Origin: Stylophora pistillata
Taxonomy: Eukaryota
NCBI RefSeq assembly: GCF_002571385.2
Contig: NW_019217790.1
Coordinates: 501,560 to 565,559 of the forward strand
Direction of reading: 5' to 3'
DNA length: 64,000 nt
A program made the position numbers and the translations under genes. The notes under the pieces were generated by a model. That model saw nothing but the letters and a program-made list of their open reading frames with translations. It was not told where the DNA came from and did no database searches. This document shows positions 12,065 through 21,832 of the stretch, one piece after another (the stretch's first letter is position 1; each line of letters begins with the position of its first letter).

Positions 12065-15000
12065 TTACAGATAAGTGCCGCTGGCATACTGGCTGCTTGC
12101 CATGGCTGGCCTGTTCCTGCGTACTCCATGTCCATTCAGATATTCGTACGGTTCGGGGTAGCCTTGTCTATGGGTTTTGTTACTTTCTTTGGTGTGTTTT
12201 CTGTTATCTTGAAATCGTTCTTCTGGCTGAGGGCTGAACCATTGGTCTTTGGTTGCGTTTCGATTGATGTCGTATTCGTAAAATACTGATTCATCTTCCT
12301 CAGGTCCTCTTGTATCAATTGCGTAGGGAATTTTCATAGGAGGGCGTTGCTCAGGTTCATATGGGTGTGACAGCCCCCTGTGTTCATAGGGTTCCGGGTA
12401 CGGTATAACTCCCCCGTTAATTTCCTCTGCGTATTCATCAGTTATTTCTTCATAGACGTCTTGATACCCGATGAGCGTACCGTCATTGTCATAGACTCCA
12501 ATTATTCTCCTTTTGTAGGAACTCTCCGGTTTCCGTGGTGGCACCTGGTACGGATCTGGATATCGTTCCATCTGACCGTCAAAGTCGTCAAGATACTCCC
12601 CACCTGGGGCACTCTGGTAAGAATAAGCCTCCCGTGGGGCCTGCAGTGGTGGTTCCTCCCAGTCGTACGGTGGGGGTTCGGTCCATCCTTTTTCACGTGC
12701 ATTTAGCTCCTCAGGATAATAACCTTTGTTATTTTCTACACCGTTTTCTGGGGGCTGATCGTATACATCATTGTACACATCAGGTGGGTCGTGATGGTGC
12801 GCATGCGCATGTAAGAGACCATCTAATTTGAACTGATCTTCTTTGCTGAATGCCCTAAATCGTCCTTCGGTCACCAACTCCTTATCTAATAGATCTTCCT
12901 CGGGAGTCTGCTCTGGTAGATTGATATTTCGGCTGGGTACCGGTTGAAAGGCTCCTCCACTGAGACGCACACCGGAAGCCTTGAGAAATGGGAACCTTTC
13001 AGAATCAACACTCTTAGGAAGCTGAGGCCTAGGTAGGGCTTGGGCGCTTACAAGAATTCTCTCTGGATCGGCAGACGGGGATGTAAAATTGAATTGTGGG
13101 GCACTTTCGACTTGTGGGGCTGAGTAAACAACAGGAGGAACATCTTCATCGTCACTTTCGTGAGAGAAACTATCCTCATCGTTATCTTCTGGTTCGGATG
13201 CAGTGAGTTCCACAGGGTGACTAACCAGAGGGTTTCCCTCTGAACCATAGTCCACAGTGACTCCAACAGGCTCTCCGATTACAACAGTTCCTGGCAACTG
13301 ACTGATGGAAATCTCAAGCTCGGAAGTACTACGCCCAAGCCCGGGGGTAACAACACGGCTGCGAACACGTTCTTGTACAAATACACCTAGCTGCACCTCA
13401 GGTTTCCCTTCAACATCAATGGTAAGTGACGTGGTTTCCGGTGTCTTTTCCGGTGCCACAACAAGACCAGCTCGGAGTTTCTCGATTTCTGTGCGACTTG
13501 CCTGATATCGCTCATACAGGACCTGAATTTCTTTAGACAGTTCAACAACATGAACACTGAGGCTCTCCTTTTCCTTCTCACATTTGTCCAGTTGGACGGT
13601 CTTCCCATCGAATTTTTCCTTCACTTCTTTAACACTGTCTTCCAGGAACCGGATGCGATTGTGTAGAACAGATTCGTCCTTCTCTGAGGCTGGTATTCTG
13701 CTTTGGAGGAGTTGAATCTCTCTCTCTAGCATGATTATCTGGTTATCTTTGTCACTGTCTTCCATCTTCTCATTCAGTTCTTTTCCTAGTTTACTAATTG
13801 TCTCTTCTCTTGTTAAGAGCTCCTTCTTGATCCATTTAGCTTGCTCTTCAGCCTGCTGTTTCTGTTTAGAGGATCGTTGGAGCTCGATTTCCAGCTGAGT
13901 GATTCTTGTATGTGATTTGTCGAAGTCCTTGCTCAACCCCTCTATCTCCATGTTGGCCTGGCTCAGCTTTATCTCCAGCTCTGCGAGTTTTTCTGAATCC
14001 TTTCGGAGATCATTTTGAAGATTATTCTTCTCCTTCTGTAAGGAATCCTTTTCATCTTCAACCTCGTCTAGTTTGAGTTTCAGAGATTCAAACTTTTCCT
14101 GCCAACCCTCTTCACTCGTCTGACGAAACAAAGATCGCCTCAGCTCTTCAAGCTCAGCTAGATGTTTTTTGCGTTCTTCTTCTTTCTTTCTTAGCGTTTC
14201 CTTGAGTTTCCCGAGTTCCTTTTCCAGGTCTCCTGTGTCCTTGGTGAGCTTTAGTTCCGAAAGTTGTCGGCGCAACATGGCAGTCTCGCCTTGGGCATCG
14301 GTGAGTTCACGTCGAACCTTGTTATACTTGGTCTTAGTTTGCTCGTGTTCATCATCGTTTCTTTCCAAGTTTCGTTCCAGTCGTTGCTTCTCGATTTGAA
14401 GGGAATTCTTCTCTCGCTTTAACTCATCAAACTTTTCCTTCCAGTTCTCATCACTGTCTTTTCTCCTCAACTTGGCTTTCAAATCCAATATTTCGCCCTC
14501 CAATCGACGGATCTTGTCTTCTACTTCCTTGTTCTTGCTTGTCAGTTTTTCTTTCTCAGTGATGTGCAAATCCTCTTCCTCTTTCAGTTCATCGCCAAGA
14601 TATTTAATTTCTTCCTTTAGTTTGTCGACTTGTTTCCCTAGATCATCGTTGTCTTTCTTCAGGTCATCGTTTTCATCACACAGGGTGTTGTACATCTCTT
14701 TTCCTTTATCGAATTTGACTTTCATTTCTTCCAGCTCCTCTTCAACGTCTGCTTTCTTTTCACAAAGATCTTCCTTCTCGTCTTTCAATTTCTTTATATC
14801 ATCCATCAGCTTTTGGTATTGCTCTTTTAATTTCTCATATTCTTCGCTTAATTCTTCGTCAGTGTCCTGTGATTTTAGCTCGAAGAGTTCCTTCCTTGCT
14901 TTTTCTAGCTCCGCCTCAAGGTATTCTTGCTCTCTTAGTTTTTCCTCCAGGTCACTGATGGTGTTTTTATCCTGAGAAAGATCTTTTCGTTGCTCATTTA

Positions 15001-16852
15001 TCAGGACTTCTTTCTCTATGAGCTCCTTTCTCATCTCTTCACACCGATCGGTTAGCTGCGTGATGGTCTTAGACAGCTCCTCCGTGGTCTTCTTAGCTCT
15101 TTCTTCAGACTCTTCCAAGCATTCTTCAACTTTTTCTTTCTCTTTCTTGGTGCGCTCCAGAAGCTCTTCGAGTTCTTGTATCTGCGATTTGGAGTAGTCT
15201 TGACTGGACCATGAATCTCCAGATTCCTTTGGAACAACAGCAAGGTTAGGAGTTTCTCCAACCGCAACTATATGCTCTTCAAAGTCATCGAAATCACTCA
15301 AATCATCCTCATTAGGTGCCAGTGGAACTCTCTGGACAACTTGAAGGTGCTCCACCACAATTTCATCTGAATCTTCGTCCTTAGGTTTTTCTTCCTCTAT
15401 GTATCTCTCAGCCAGTTCGCTCTGTAAAGAAATCACCTCATCTCTTAGTTGCTCCAGTTCTTGTGTAATCTCTTCGTTTTCCTCTCTTAATTTACTTAGT
15501 TCGTCGTCATCATTTCCGTCCGGCTTGTCGAGGTCCTCCGCAAACCTCGACAGGTCGCGATCTTGAAGGTCTTCTAGTTGCTTCTGTAGTAAAGCAATAT
15601 CATCTCTCAACTCTTCGTTCTCAGCCTTCAGTGCCAGAATCGTCTTTTCCTTATCAGAGACCTCTTTCCGGAATAGCTCAGCGCGGACATGGGTTTCGTT
15701 AAGTTGCTTGGTGCATTGCTTGGAGTCCATTTCGGCTTTGTTCTTACTATCCACGAACTGTAGGTAGAGGAGTTCCTTTTCTTTGCAGACTTCTTTAAGA
15801 TTCATCTCCAGCTGTGTTATCTTCTTGTTTTGAATCTCGAGCCTGTTGGTGCCTTCGCGGAACAAACTTTCACGGCTATCTTTCTCTGCCTCTAAACTAC
15901 TTTCCAACTCGGCGACAAGGCCTCGCAGTAAGGACATTTCTTTCTCAAGCTCGATATTCCTCGTTCGGCTGTTGTCGCAGTTTTCTTCTGACTGCTGAAT
16001 CTGCACGTGATACTCCACAATCTGTTGTTTCATCTCCTCAATAATGTCGTCATCGGCCGACAACTTAATTTGCAAGTCCTTCAATCGCCGTTCAAGATCA
16101 TCCACTTCGACTCGCAATTCTTCTTTTTCTTTCAGCAGATGATCATTTTCCGTTTCGATGTCTTCGTATTTGAGCTTTAAAGACTCCATTTCCAGCAGGA
16201 TATTGTCACCCCGACCACAGTATTTACATATTTTGTCGTCGCCGTTGCTGTCACGCAAATCGTTTACCTCCACTTGCAATTTTTCGAGCTGCCTTACCAA
16301 ATCATCGTTTTCTTTTCTCCTCTCATCAAGCTGATCTTTGAGATTTTCGTTATCCTTTTCAATTTCGTCGGCTTTCTCCTGTTCTTCTTTATAGCCACGA
16401 ATTGTCGCCTCGAGCTTTTCAATGTTGATTTTTAAATGATTATTTTCCTCCACAACCGTTTTGATCGTTACTTCATGCTCTGAGAAAGTCCTGTGATAAG
16501 AATACGCTGCGTTTTTCAATACGCCGATCTTCTCCTCGGTATTTTCACAGGCGTTCTCGAGGTTGCGTAGTTTCTCGCGAGTATTTCTTAACTCCTGTTC
16601 AAGCTCTCCTAGCCTGTCTTGTGCTTCGAAGAATCGTGTTTTGAAATCTTCATCGGCCGGAAACTCCTCGACTGTAACCCTAATCGTTTCTTCTGTAGTC
16701 GTAGCATTAGATGTCTTGGAAACATAATCTGTTTTCTCTCTTCTTATTTCGCTATCGTAAGTGCCTTTGACAGGATCATGTGAGATTTCACGATCATTCG
16801 TTGGAGCAATCGACCCTTGGTTCGATGAATGGGCTTCCTTTGAGTCTGACAT
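12065..16852 (-). CDS. Intronless 1595-aa long coiled-coil protein with Pro/Tyr-rich disordered C-terminus (function unknown)
   Basis: Uninterrupted 4.8-kb ORF. E/K/L heptad-rich from ~aa 70-1130, one CxxC (CKYC), PPPY and YPEPY motifs in the tail. Confidence 0.85.
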   Translation of the reverse strand: MSDSKEAHSSNQGSIAPTNDREISHDPVKGTYDSEIRREKTDYVSKTSNATTTEETIRVTVEEFPADEDFKTRFFEAQDRLGELEQELRNTREKLRNLENACENTEEKIGVLKNAAYSYHRTFSEHEVTIKTVVEENNHLKINIEKLEATIRGYKEEQEKADEIEKDNENLKDQLDERRKENDDLVRQLEKLQVEVNDLRDSNGDDKICKYCGRGDNILLEMESLKLKYEDIETENDHLLKEKEELRVEVDDLERRLKDLQIKLSADDDIIEEMKQQIVEYHVQIQQSEENCDNSRTRNIELEKEMSLLRGLVAELESSLEAEKDSRESLFREGTNRLEIQNKKITQLEMNLKEVCKEKELLYLQFVDSKNKAEMDSKQCTKQLNETHVRAELFRKEVSDKEKTILALKAENEELRDDIALLQKQLEDLQDRDLSRFAEDLDKPDGNDDDELSKLREENEEITQELEQLRDEVISLQSELAERYIEEEKPKDEDSDEIVVEHLQVVQRVPLAPNEDDLSDFDDFEEHIVAVGETPNLAVVPKESGDSWSSQDYSKSQIQELEELLERTKKEKEKVEECLEESEERAKKTTEELSKTITQLTDRCEEMRKELIEKEVLINEQRKDLSQDKNTISDLEEKLREQEYLEAELEKARKELFELKSQDTDEELSEEYEKLKEQYQKLMDDIKKLKDEKEDLCEKKADVEEELEEMKVKFDKGKEMYNTLCDENDDLKKDNDDLGKQVDKLKEEIKYLGDELKEEEDLHITEKEKLTSKNKEVEDKIRRLEGEILDLKAKLRRKDSDENWKEKFDELKREKNSLQIEKQRLERNLERNDDEHEQTKTKYNKVRRELTDAQGETAMLRRQLSELKLTKDTGDLEKELGKLKETLRKKEEERKKHLAELEELRRSLFRQTSEEGWQEKFESLKLKLDEVEDEKDSLQKEKNNLQNDLRKDSEKLAELEIKLSQANMEIEGLSKDFDKSHTRITQLEIELQRSSKQKQQAEEQAKWIKKELLTREETISKLGKELNEKMEDSDKDNQIIMLEREIQLLQSRIPASEKDESVLHNRIRFLEDSVKEVKEKFDGKTVQLDKCEKEKESLSVHVVELSKEIQVLYERYQASRTEIEKLRAGLVVAPEKTPETTSLTIDVEGKPEVQLGVFVQERVRSRVVTPGLGRSTSELEISISQLPGTVVIGEPVGVTVDYGSEGNPLVSHPVELTASEPEDNDEDSFSHESDDEDVPPVVYSAPQVESAPQFNFTSPSADPERILVSAQALPRPQLPKSVDSERFPFLKASGVRLSGGAFQPVPSRNINLPEQTPEEDLLDKELVTEGRFRAFSKEDQFKLDGLLHAHAHHHDPPDVYNDVYDQPPENGVENNKGYYPEELNAREKGWTEPPPYDWEEPPLQAPREAYSYQSAPGGEYLDDFDGQMERYPDPYQVPPRKPESSYKRRIIGVYDNDGTLIGYQDVYEEITDEYAEEINGGVIPYPEPYEHRGLSHPYEPEQRPPMKIPYAIDTRGPEEDESVFYEYDINRNATKDQWFSPQPEERFQDNRKHTKESNKTHRQGYPEPYEYLNGHGVRRNRPAMASSQYASGTYL

Positions 16853-17593
16853 ACTGGTAGGTTGTGCTCTGCTGCTTTGACAGTGCTAGAGTGAAACATT
16901 AGAGAAAGTCAAGCGCACTATTTCGTAAGCAAATATCTCACGTTCCAGGGTCGTGTATGTACACGCGCGATAAATGACAAGAATTCTGTCACGAAGAAGC
17001 CAAAATCGGGCGACGCGCGATCGTTTGTTCGATAGACTGATCCAATGATTCGAAACGCAAACGAAACTAATAAACCAGAAGTCAACAAATTGTGCCACAA
17101 AATAAACACGACCATTAGCAGGTGACACGCTAGTAAAACACCGAAAACGTTCCTCAACAATTCTCATTTACGTAAGACCGCAGAGGAAGATGTAATCTCC
17201 TACAGTAGTTCTCAAATAGCAGACGCCTGTGCATAACTAGCCAAGAGTAAATATCAACAAAAGCGCGTCTAAATTGAAGTATAATGCGAACCGCGAGATG
17301 TTTTCGAGTTACAATACCTGTCATTTACGACGTTTGTCAATCGCGAGGAAGTTGTAGCATGTGGTCGTATTTTCCTTCGACGAGAACAGTCATTTGTGTT
17401 TGCTATGTCGTTCCGCATCTAATTTTAACACATACGCAGGCAGCTCCCGTGAGAACCGTAAGATTGACCACTTACTACAAAGGGTTGCTCAGCCAATCTA
17501 TAAACTACTTGAGCATAATTTGCATACCAATAAAAGCTCAGTCACGCTCGAAGAAACGAGAAATAATTCGGAAAGGAAATCACGCCTAGATTA

Positions 17594-17844
17594 TAATTTG
17601 GATATATCAACAAAGTTGAAATAGTAAATTGGCCACCGTAACGATTACAAAAGCTGACGTTTCGAGCGTTATCCCTTCGTCGGAGCGAAGCCAAACGTCA
17701 GCTTTTGACGTCGAAACGTCAGCTTTTGTAATCGTTACGGTGCCAATTTACCATTTCAACTTTGTTGATATATCCAAATTATTTCGTTACCCCCACCGAC
17801 GCAGCCCCAAACAGTTTCTTTCGAAACTATCAGCCTTTATTCAT
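17594..17844. mobile_element. Fold-back Penelope-type terminal repeat insertion with degenerate hammerhead core
   Basis: ~70-bp inverted arms (17593-17665 and 17710-17782). Flanking direct repeat GCCTAGATTA at 17584-17593 and 17845-17854. Confidence 0.7.
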
Positions 17845-19467
17845 GCCTAGATTAACTCAGCAAACGGCAAGGCGAGGTAAATGATTTTAAGAGTTTGAAT
17901 ATGCAAGGAATTAAAATGCGACATTAGGGTATCAATGGTGCGATGTGTCACGCCACTGATCATCAAGCATTAGTTTACGAAAGATCTGGATTGATTTAAC
18001 CCATCTTTTTATTAACTTGCAACTGATATGCTGGAAAAGAATCTTTCATCCTACAGCGAGGTAAAAATTTGGCCGAGGTTTTAGACAGTTGCTGTAAAGA
18101 AAATTTAAAGTACTGTTAATTGATGTTAATCACTTTCGTAATCTAACACGTTGTCGTTAAGAGAGTTAACATACATTCTTTGCACTTTTGCTCCGTGAAT
18201 TCTTAGGGAAAAATCCGAGGCCTTGAAATTGAGACGATAATGGGCAAGAGCTCGCGGTGTGATCGAAAATCAGTATCTAGGTACTGCATGCAGCTATAAA
18301 GACGTTTTCGTAACAGTATGTTGGTCATAAAAATGCATCACATTTAGAATTTACTAGCTGATTTTCACCACAATGCTTCATCGTTCACAAGAAACTCAGA
18401 ACATACTCGTTCATGAAACCGCAAACTACTTTTACTTTAATCTAGCCTCGGGGTTCAAAAGTTGAAAAACAACTAACCGATATAGCGTATCACAAATACA
18501 GCATTTTCTTCTGGGGTACCTGTGTCGCGCGCGTGGGAGGGAGGGAGGGGGAAGAGGGGGCGGTAATGCGCTTCCAACAGCTGGCGTTTAGACTGACAGG
18601 GTGGGCAATACGATTTTGAAACAATTCTTGTATACTTCTTAACCTTTCTGTCAAATCTTAAGACTTTTAATTACAATGAACAAGAAATCGTATGATTGCC
18701 ACAGGCATAATTGAACGGCTCAGGTAATCTCTGCATATCACTTCCTTCTTTGGGATGTTTAGCTTTCAGGAGCCACTGTATCTTCAGTGTTTAAATTCAA
18801 GGCCGATTTATATTAGCACTCGATCAGAAATTAACGACATTTTAACGTCATTACGGAAATTTAGCCCTAAGATTAGTGGCTTCTTGTGTCTTCTAGGATC
18901 TTAATTGAATGCTTGGCGCAGCTGGCTAATGTTATTAATAATACTTCAACGCATGAGGCTCCTGCTGTGTAATCCACTTTTCACAGATCTATTACCTTTG
19001 ATTCTCTCCGCTGTCTTTGAAATCTGCCGCGACATGTAAGTAGGAGCGGTTTGTAAATATCAATGACCATGAATAAACACAAGCGATTCTTGGCGTGAAA
19101 TTTATGCTTGGCGGAGGGACTGGACCGACACACGAGGCTTCCAAGATGGCAGTAAGTACGATTTTATATTATCAATTAGCTCGAAGTAGCTGATATAAAG
19201 CTAATAAACGATATCTCTTTTAACTTTTCTTGGCAGGCTGAGGAAGTGAAATTACTTAGTCAAATCTGAGTGTTTCCTTGAAAGCACGGTGACGAGTAAA
19301 GATTACCGATAAGCGATAAGTGTTTGAAATCTTTGTCGTGTGTTGAGCATTGAAGTTTTGTTCAGTTTTGTTTTTGTTTCGTTTGTCTTGTGCATGTGTT
19401 GATATTAAGGTTACTGTTCGTAGTTGTTGTGGTGTGTAATATGTATTCTATGTTGATATTTAATTTC

Positions 19468-19552
19468 GCAGAGCGATGATTAGACTTGAGAAATGAGTTT
19501 CAAACGTTTCTCGTTTGATAGTGATTGTTAACACTTGATTTCTGAGCTCTGT
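19468..19552 (+). ncRNA. Box C/D guide RNA, predicted target U2 snRNA C28
   Basis: Terminal stem GCAGAGC/GCTCTGT; C box ATGATTA; D' ATGA; internal stem TCAAACG/CGTTTGA; C' GTGATTG; D CTGA at 19542-19545. Guide ACACTTGATTT gives 11 bp to U2 nt 24-34. Confidence 0.75.
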
Positions 19553-19967
19553 GACAGTATGGGTATTTTTGTAGTACAATTAATGGACAGATATCCGGAT
19601 AAGCCCTTATTATTCTAACAAGAAAAGCCGTAATTCCAAAGGCATCGAAATTTTTTTCCGTTGTTTTCTCTTTCTAAGAAATGTAGACATCATTGAGTAT
19701 TAGGCTGTGTGGAAATCTTTCCCAGTTCTAATCTAGTGGTAACTGTGATGGTATGCTATACTCTTTTTATGATAGTAGCTGAGTATTAGATTTAACATTA
19801 AGGCAAACTTTTATGTTTTTTTTATATACATATACCTATAGGAAGTTTAATATTAAGTCAAACTTTTATGTCTTTTTTGATACATATATAGGAAGTCTGT
19901 GTTTCAATTTTTCTATATTACAGTGCTTGATACATAAAAGTAGAGCACTATATATATATATATATAT

Positions 19968-20120
19968 ATAAGTTAAAGAATTAAAGAGGACGTGTCGATT
20001 CTCTGACTCTGAGTTTCGCGCCTAAGCACTTGTCAGACAGAACTTCTGTCTGACAAGCGCATAGGAGCGTAACTCAGAGTCACAGAGAATCAACACATCC
20101 TCTTTAATTCTTTAACTTAT
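19968..20120. mobile_element. Inverted pair of Penelope-type termini with type I hammerhead cores, flanked by (TA)n
   Basis: ~73-bp inverted arms. Each reads TCTGT-CTGACAA-G(C/T)GC-(T/A)TAG-G(C/A)GC-G(A/T)AA-CTCAGAGTC-A(C)AGA. (TA)n tracts at 19948-19970 and 20183-20200. Confidence 0.7.
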
Positions 20121-20199
20121 GTATACTTAGCTCTGCTACCACAGCATTGAGCACTTTATGCTAAGGTAGACTCTTCCCCCACATATATATATATATATA

Positions 20200-20408
20200 T
20201 TTAACAATTACTCCATGAGCACACATTGGATATGAGATGATAGATAGCCAATGAGGCACGTAGCACCAAGTTGGCTATAATCCTTTCATATCCAACAAGC
20301 ACGAGCGGAATAATTGTTTTATTAAAAATGCCCCTAAGATATTAGACAAATCTAACCAAATCTTAAATTTTTTAGCTCCCTTTTAATTTTAACCCGATGT
20401 GTACGCTT

Positions 20409-20448
<40 letters not shown>

Positions 20449-20458
20449 TATGGCTAAC

Positions 20459-20490
<32 letters not shown>
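20200..20490 (+). repeat. Interspersed repeat (MITE-like); second copy at ~41284-41578
   Basis: Near-identical blocks TTAACAATTA(C/T)TCCA...GGATATGAGATGATAGATAGCCAATGAGGC...GCATTATCCAATGATTCAGTTTTTAATAAA in both places. Confidence 0.85.
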
Positions 20491-20493
<3 letters not shown>

Positions 20494-21832
20494 TCAGTTT
20501 TTAATAAATATATATGTGTGTGAGTGTGTGTTTTCATTTATATATATATATTTTCATCCTTTCATCAAGATCACCGTACAATGGTCAATAAATGTAATGA
20601 ATTTGTGTCCTCGTGGCACCACAGAGACAAAGCATTACTGTGTAACAACTGAACAAAGCAATTCAATTTACTGCCATGCCTTTTATGCTAATTTTTTATT
20701 AGATAAACGATGGTTACAAATATTCTTGTCAATAAAATCCCCTGAAGAGTGAGTGATCCTGAAACAGGCTTGTAAGGATGAAAATGTAGTCTTTGTATTT
20801 TCTCAACATACATATTTTCATCAATATAAATATGATTTTACACTTTTTCTCTTATTTAGATGTGGATACATTTTGAGGTATATACCATAATTTATAATTA
20901 TAGTTCTGATCACCATTTCACACCAGTTCCCTCTGGGTTCAATTGATTGGTTTAATCTAGATAGATAAAGAAGATGATGATGTTTATTATTGTTATTATT
21001 ATTAAACAAGGCCCAAGGTAGAAAGAGGCTCTTTGAAAGAAAAGTATATTTTCTCTTCATTGATGGGTAAGGAAGCTCACACATCTGGTAAATCTAGGGA
21101 GTCTCTAAAAGACCTTTTTTCATTAGTCTATTTTTGTATTCTGCCACTAAGTAGTGGTACAACAACAGTGCAAGATGTGTCTTTTGTATTGAAGCTTCAC
21201 CAATGATAAAAGCACAACAAGCTGTAGTTAGCATTTCTATTAGTTAGGACTTCATTCGATGGCTATTTTTTTTTTCTAGAAGGCTTAATACTGACCCAAA
21301 CAGTAGCTGCACAAGAAGGTCAATAGAACACTGGTAGCTTTGAAAAGTCTTTGTTTATTCACATTTGGGTGATGAAGCTTCATCACATTTTGTTCACATC
21401 AGGGTAGAGAAAGTTACACGGCTGAATGTGACTGCTGGGTTTCTCATGTACAATTTGAATACAGTATGTAGTAAGGATAGAAGAGATGTACTCAAATGAA
21501 TTGAAGCCAGTCCTGATTTAATTCAAGGGTAGATTTATGATTATTTTCAAACTAGCTATACCATTTGGTAGAGTAATATCTGATGGAATGAAGCAACAAT
21601 AATTCAAAAAGTCCTGTGAATTGTGTATCCCTGCTTATGCAATGTTCCTATAAGACTTTTAATTTTGATTTGGTGAAAATCTCTATTTTTTCGGTCAAAT
21701 GAAGAGTTAATCAGGTGCCTTCTGGGTAGTTCTGTGGGTAGAACAATAATAATTCTTATCTTTTGCATTTGAATTCTTTGGCTTTCTCTGGTAGTACTGA
21801 CTTGTTTGGTTCAAAGCTTTTGATGGACTTTA

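Larger units (their letters stand above)
19146..21530 (+). ncRNA. Putative spliced non-coding snoRNA host transcript with tiny exons
   Basis: CAAGATGGCA|GTAAGT donor at 19151/2 and pyrimidine-AG acceptor at 19236. The spliced ORF is only 12 codons (MAAEEVKLLSQI*). Further short exons are plausible (~19574, ~21280-21318, ~21464-21528), with C/D motifs in the introns. Confidence 0.45.

Noticed and set aside
14169-16044. Ser/Phe-rich + strand ORFs (and similar ones opposite the 844-aa, ACE and exonuclease genes)
   Set aside because: Antisense shadows of E/K-rich real coding sequence.
19745-19783. GTGATGG...CTGA mini C/D motif (also ATGATTA...CTGA at 21537-21583)
   Set aside because: Too short, with weak terminal stems and no identifiable guide.
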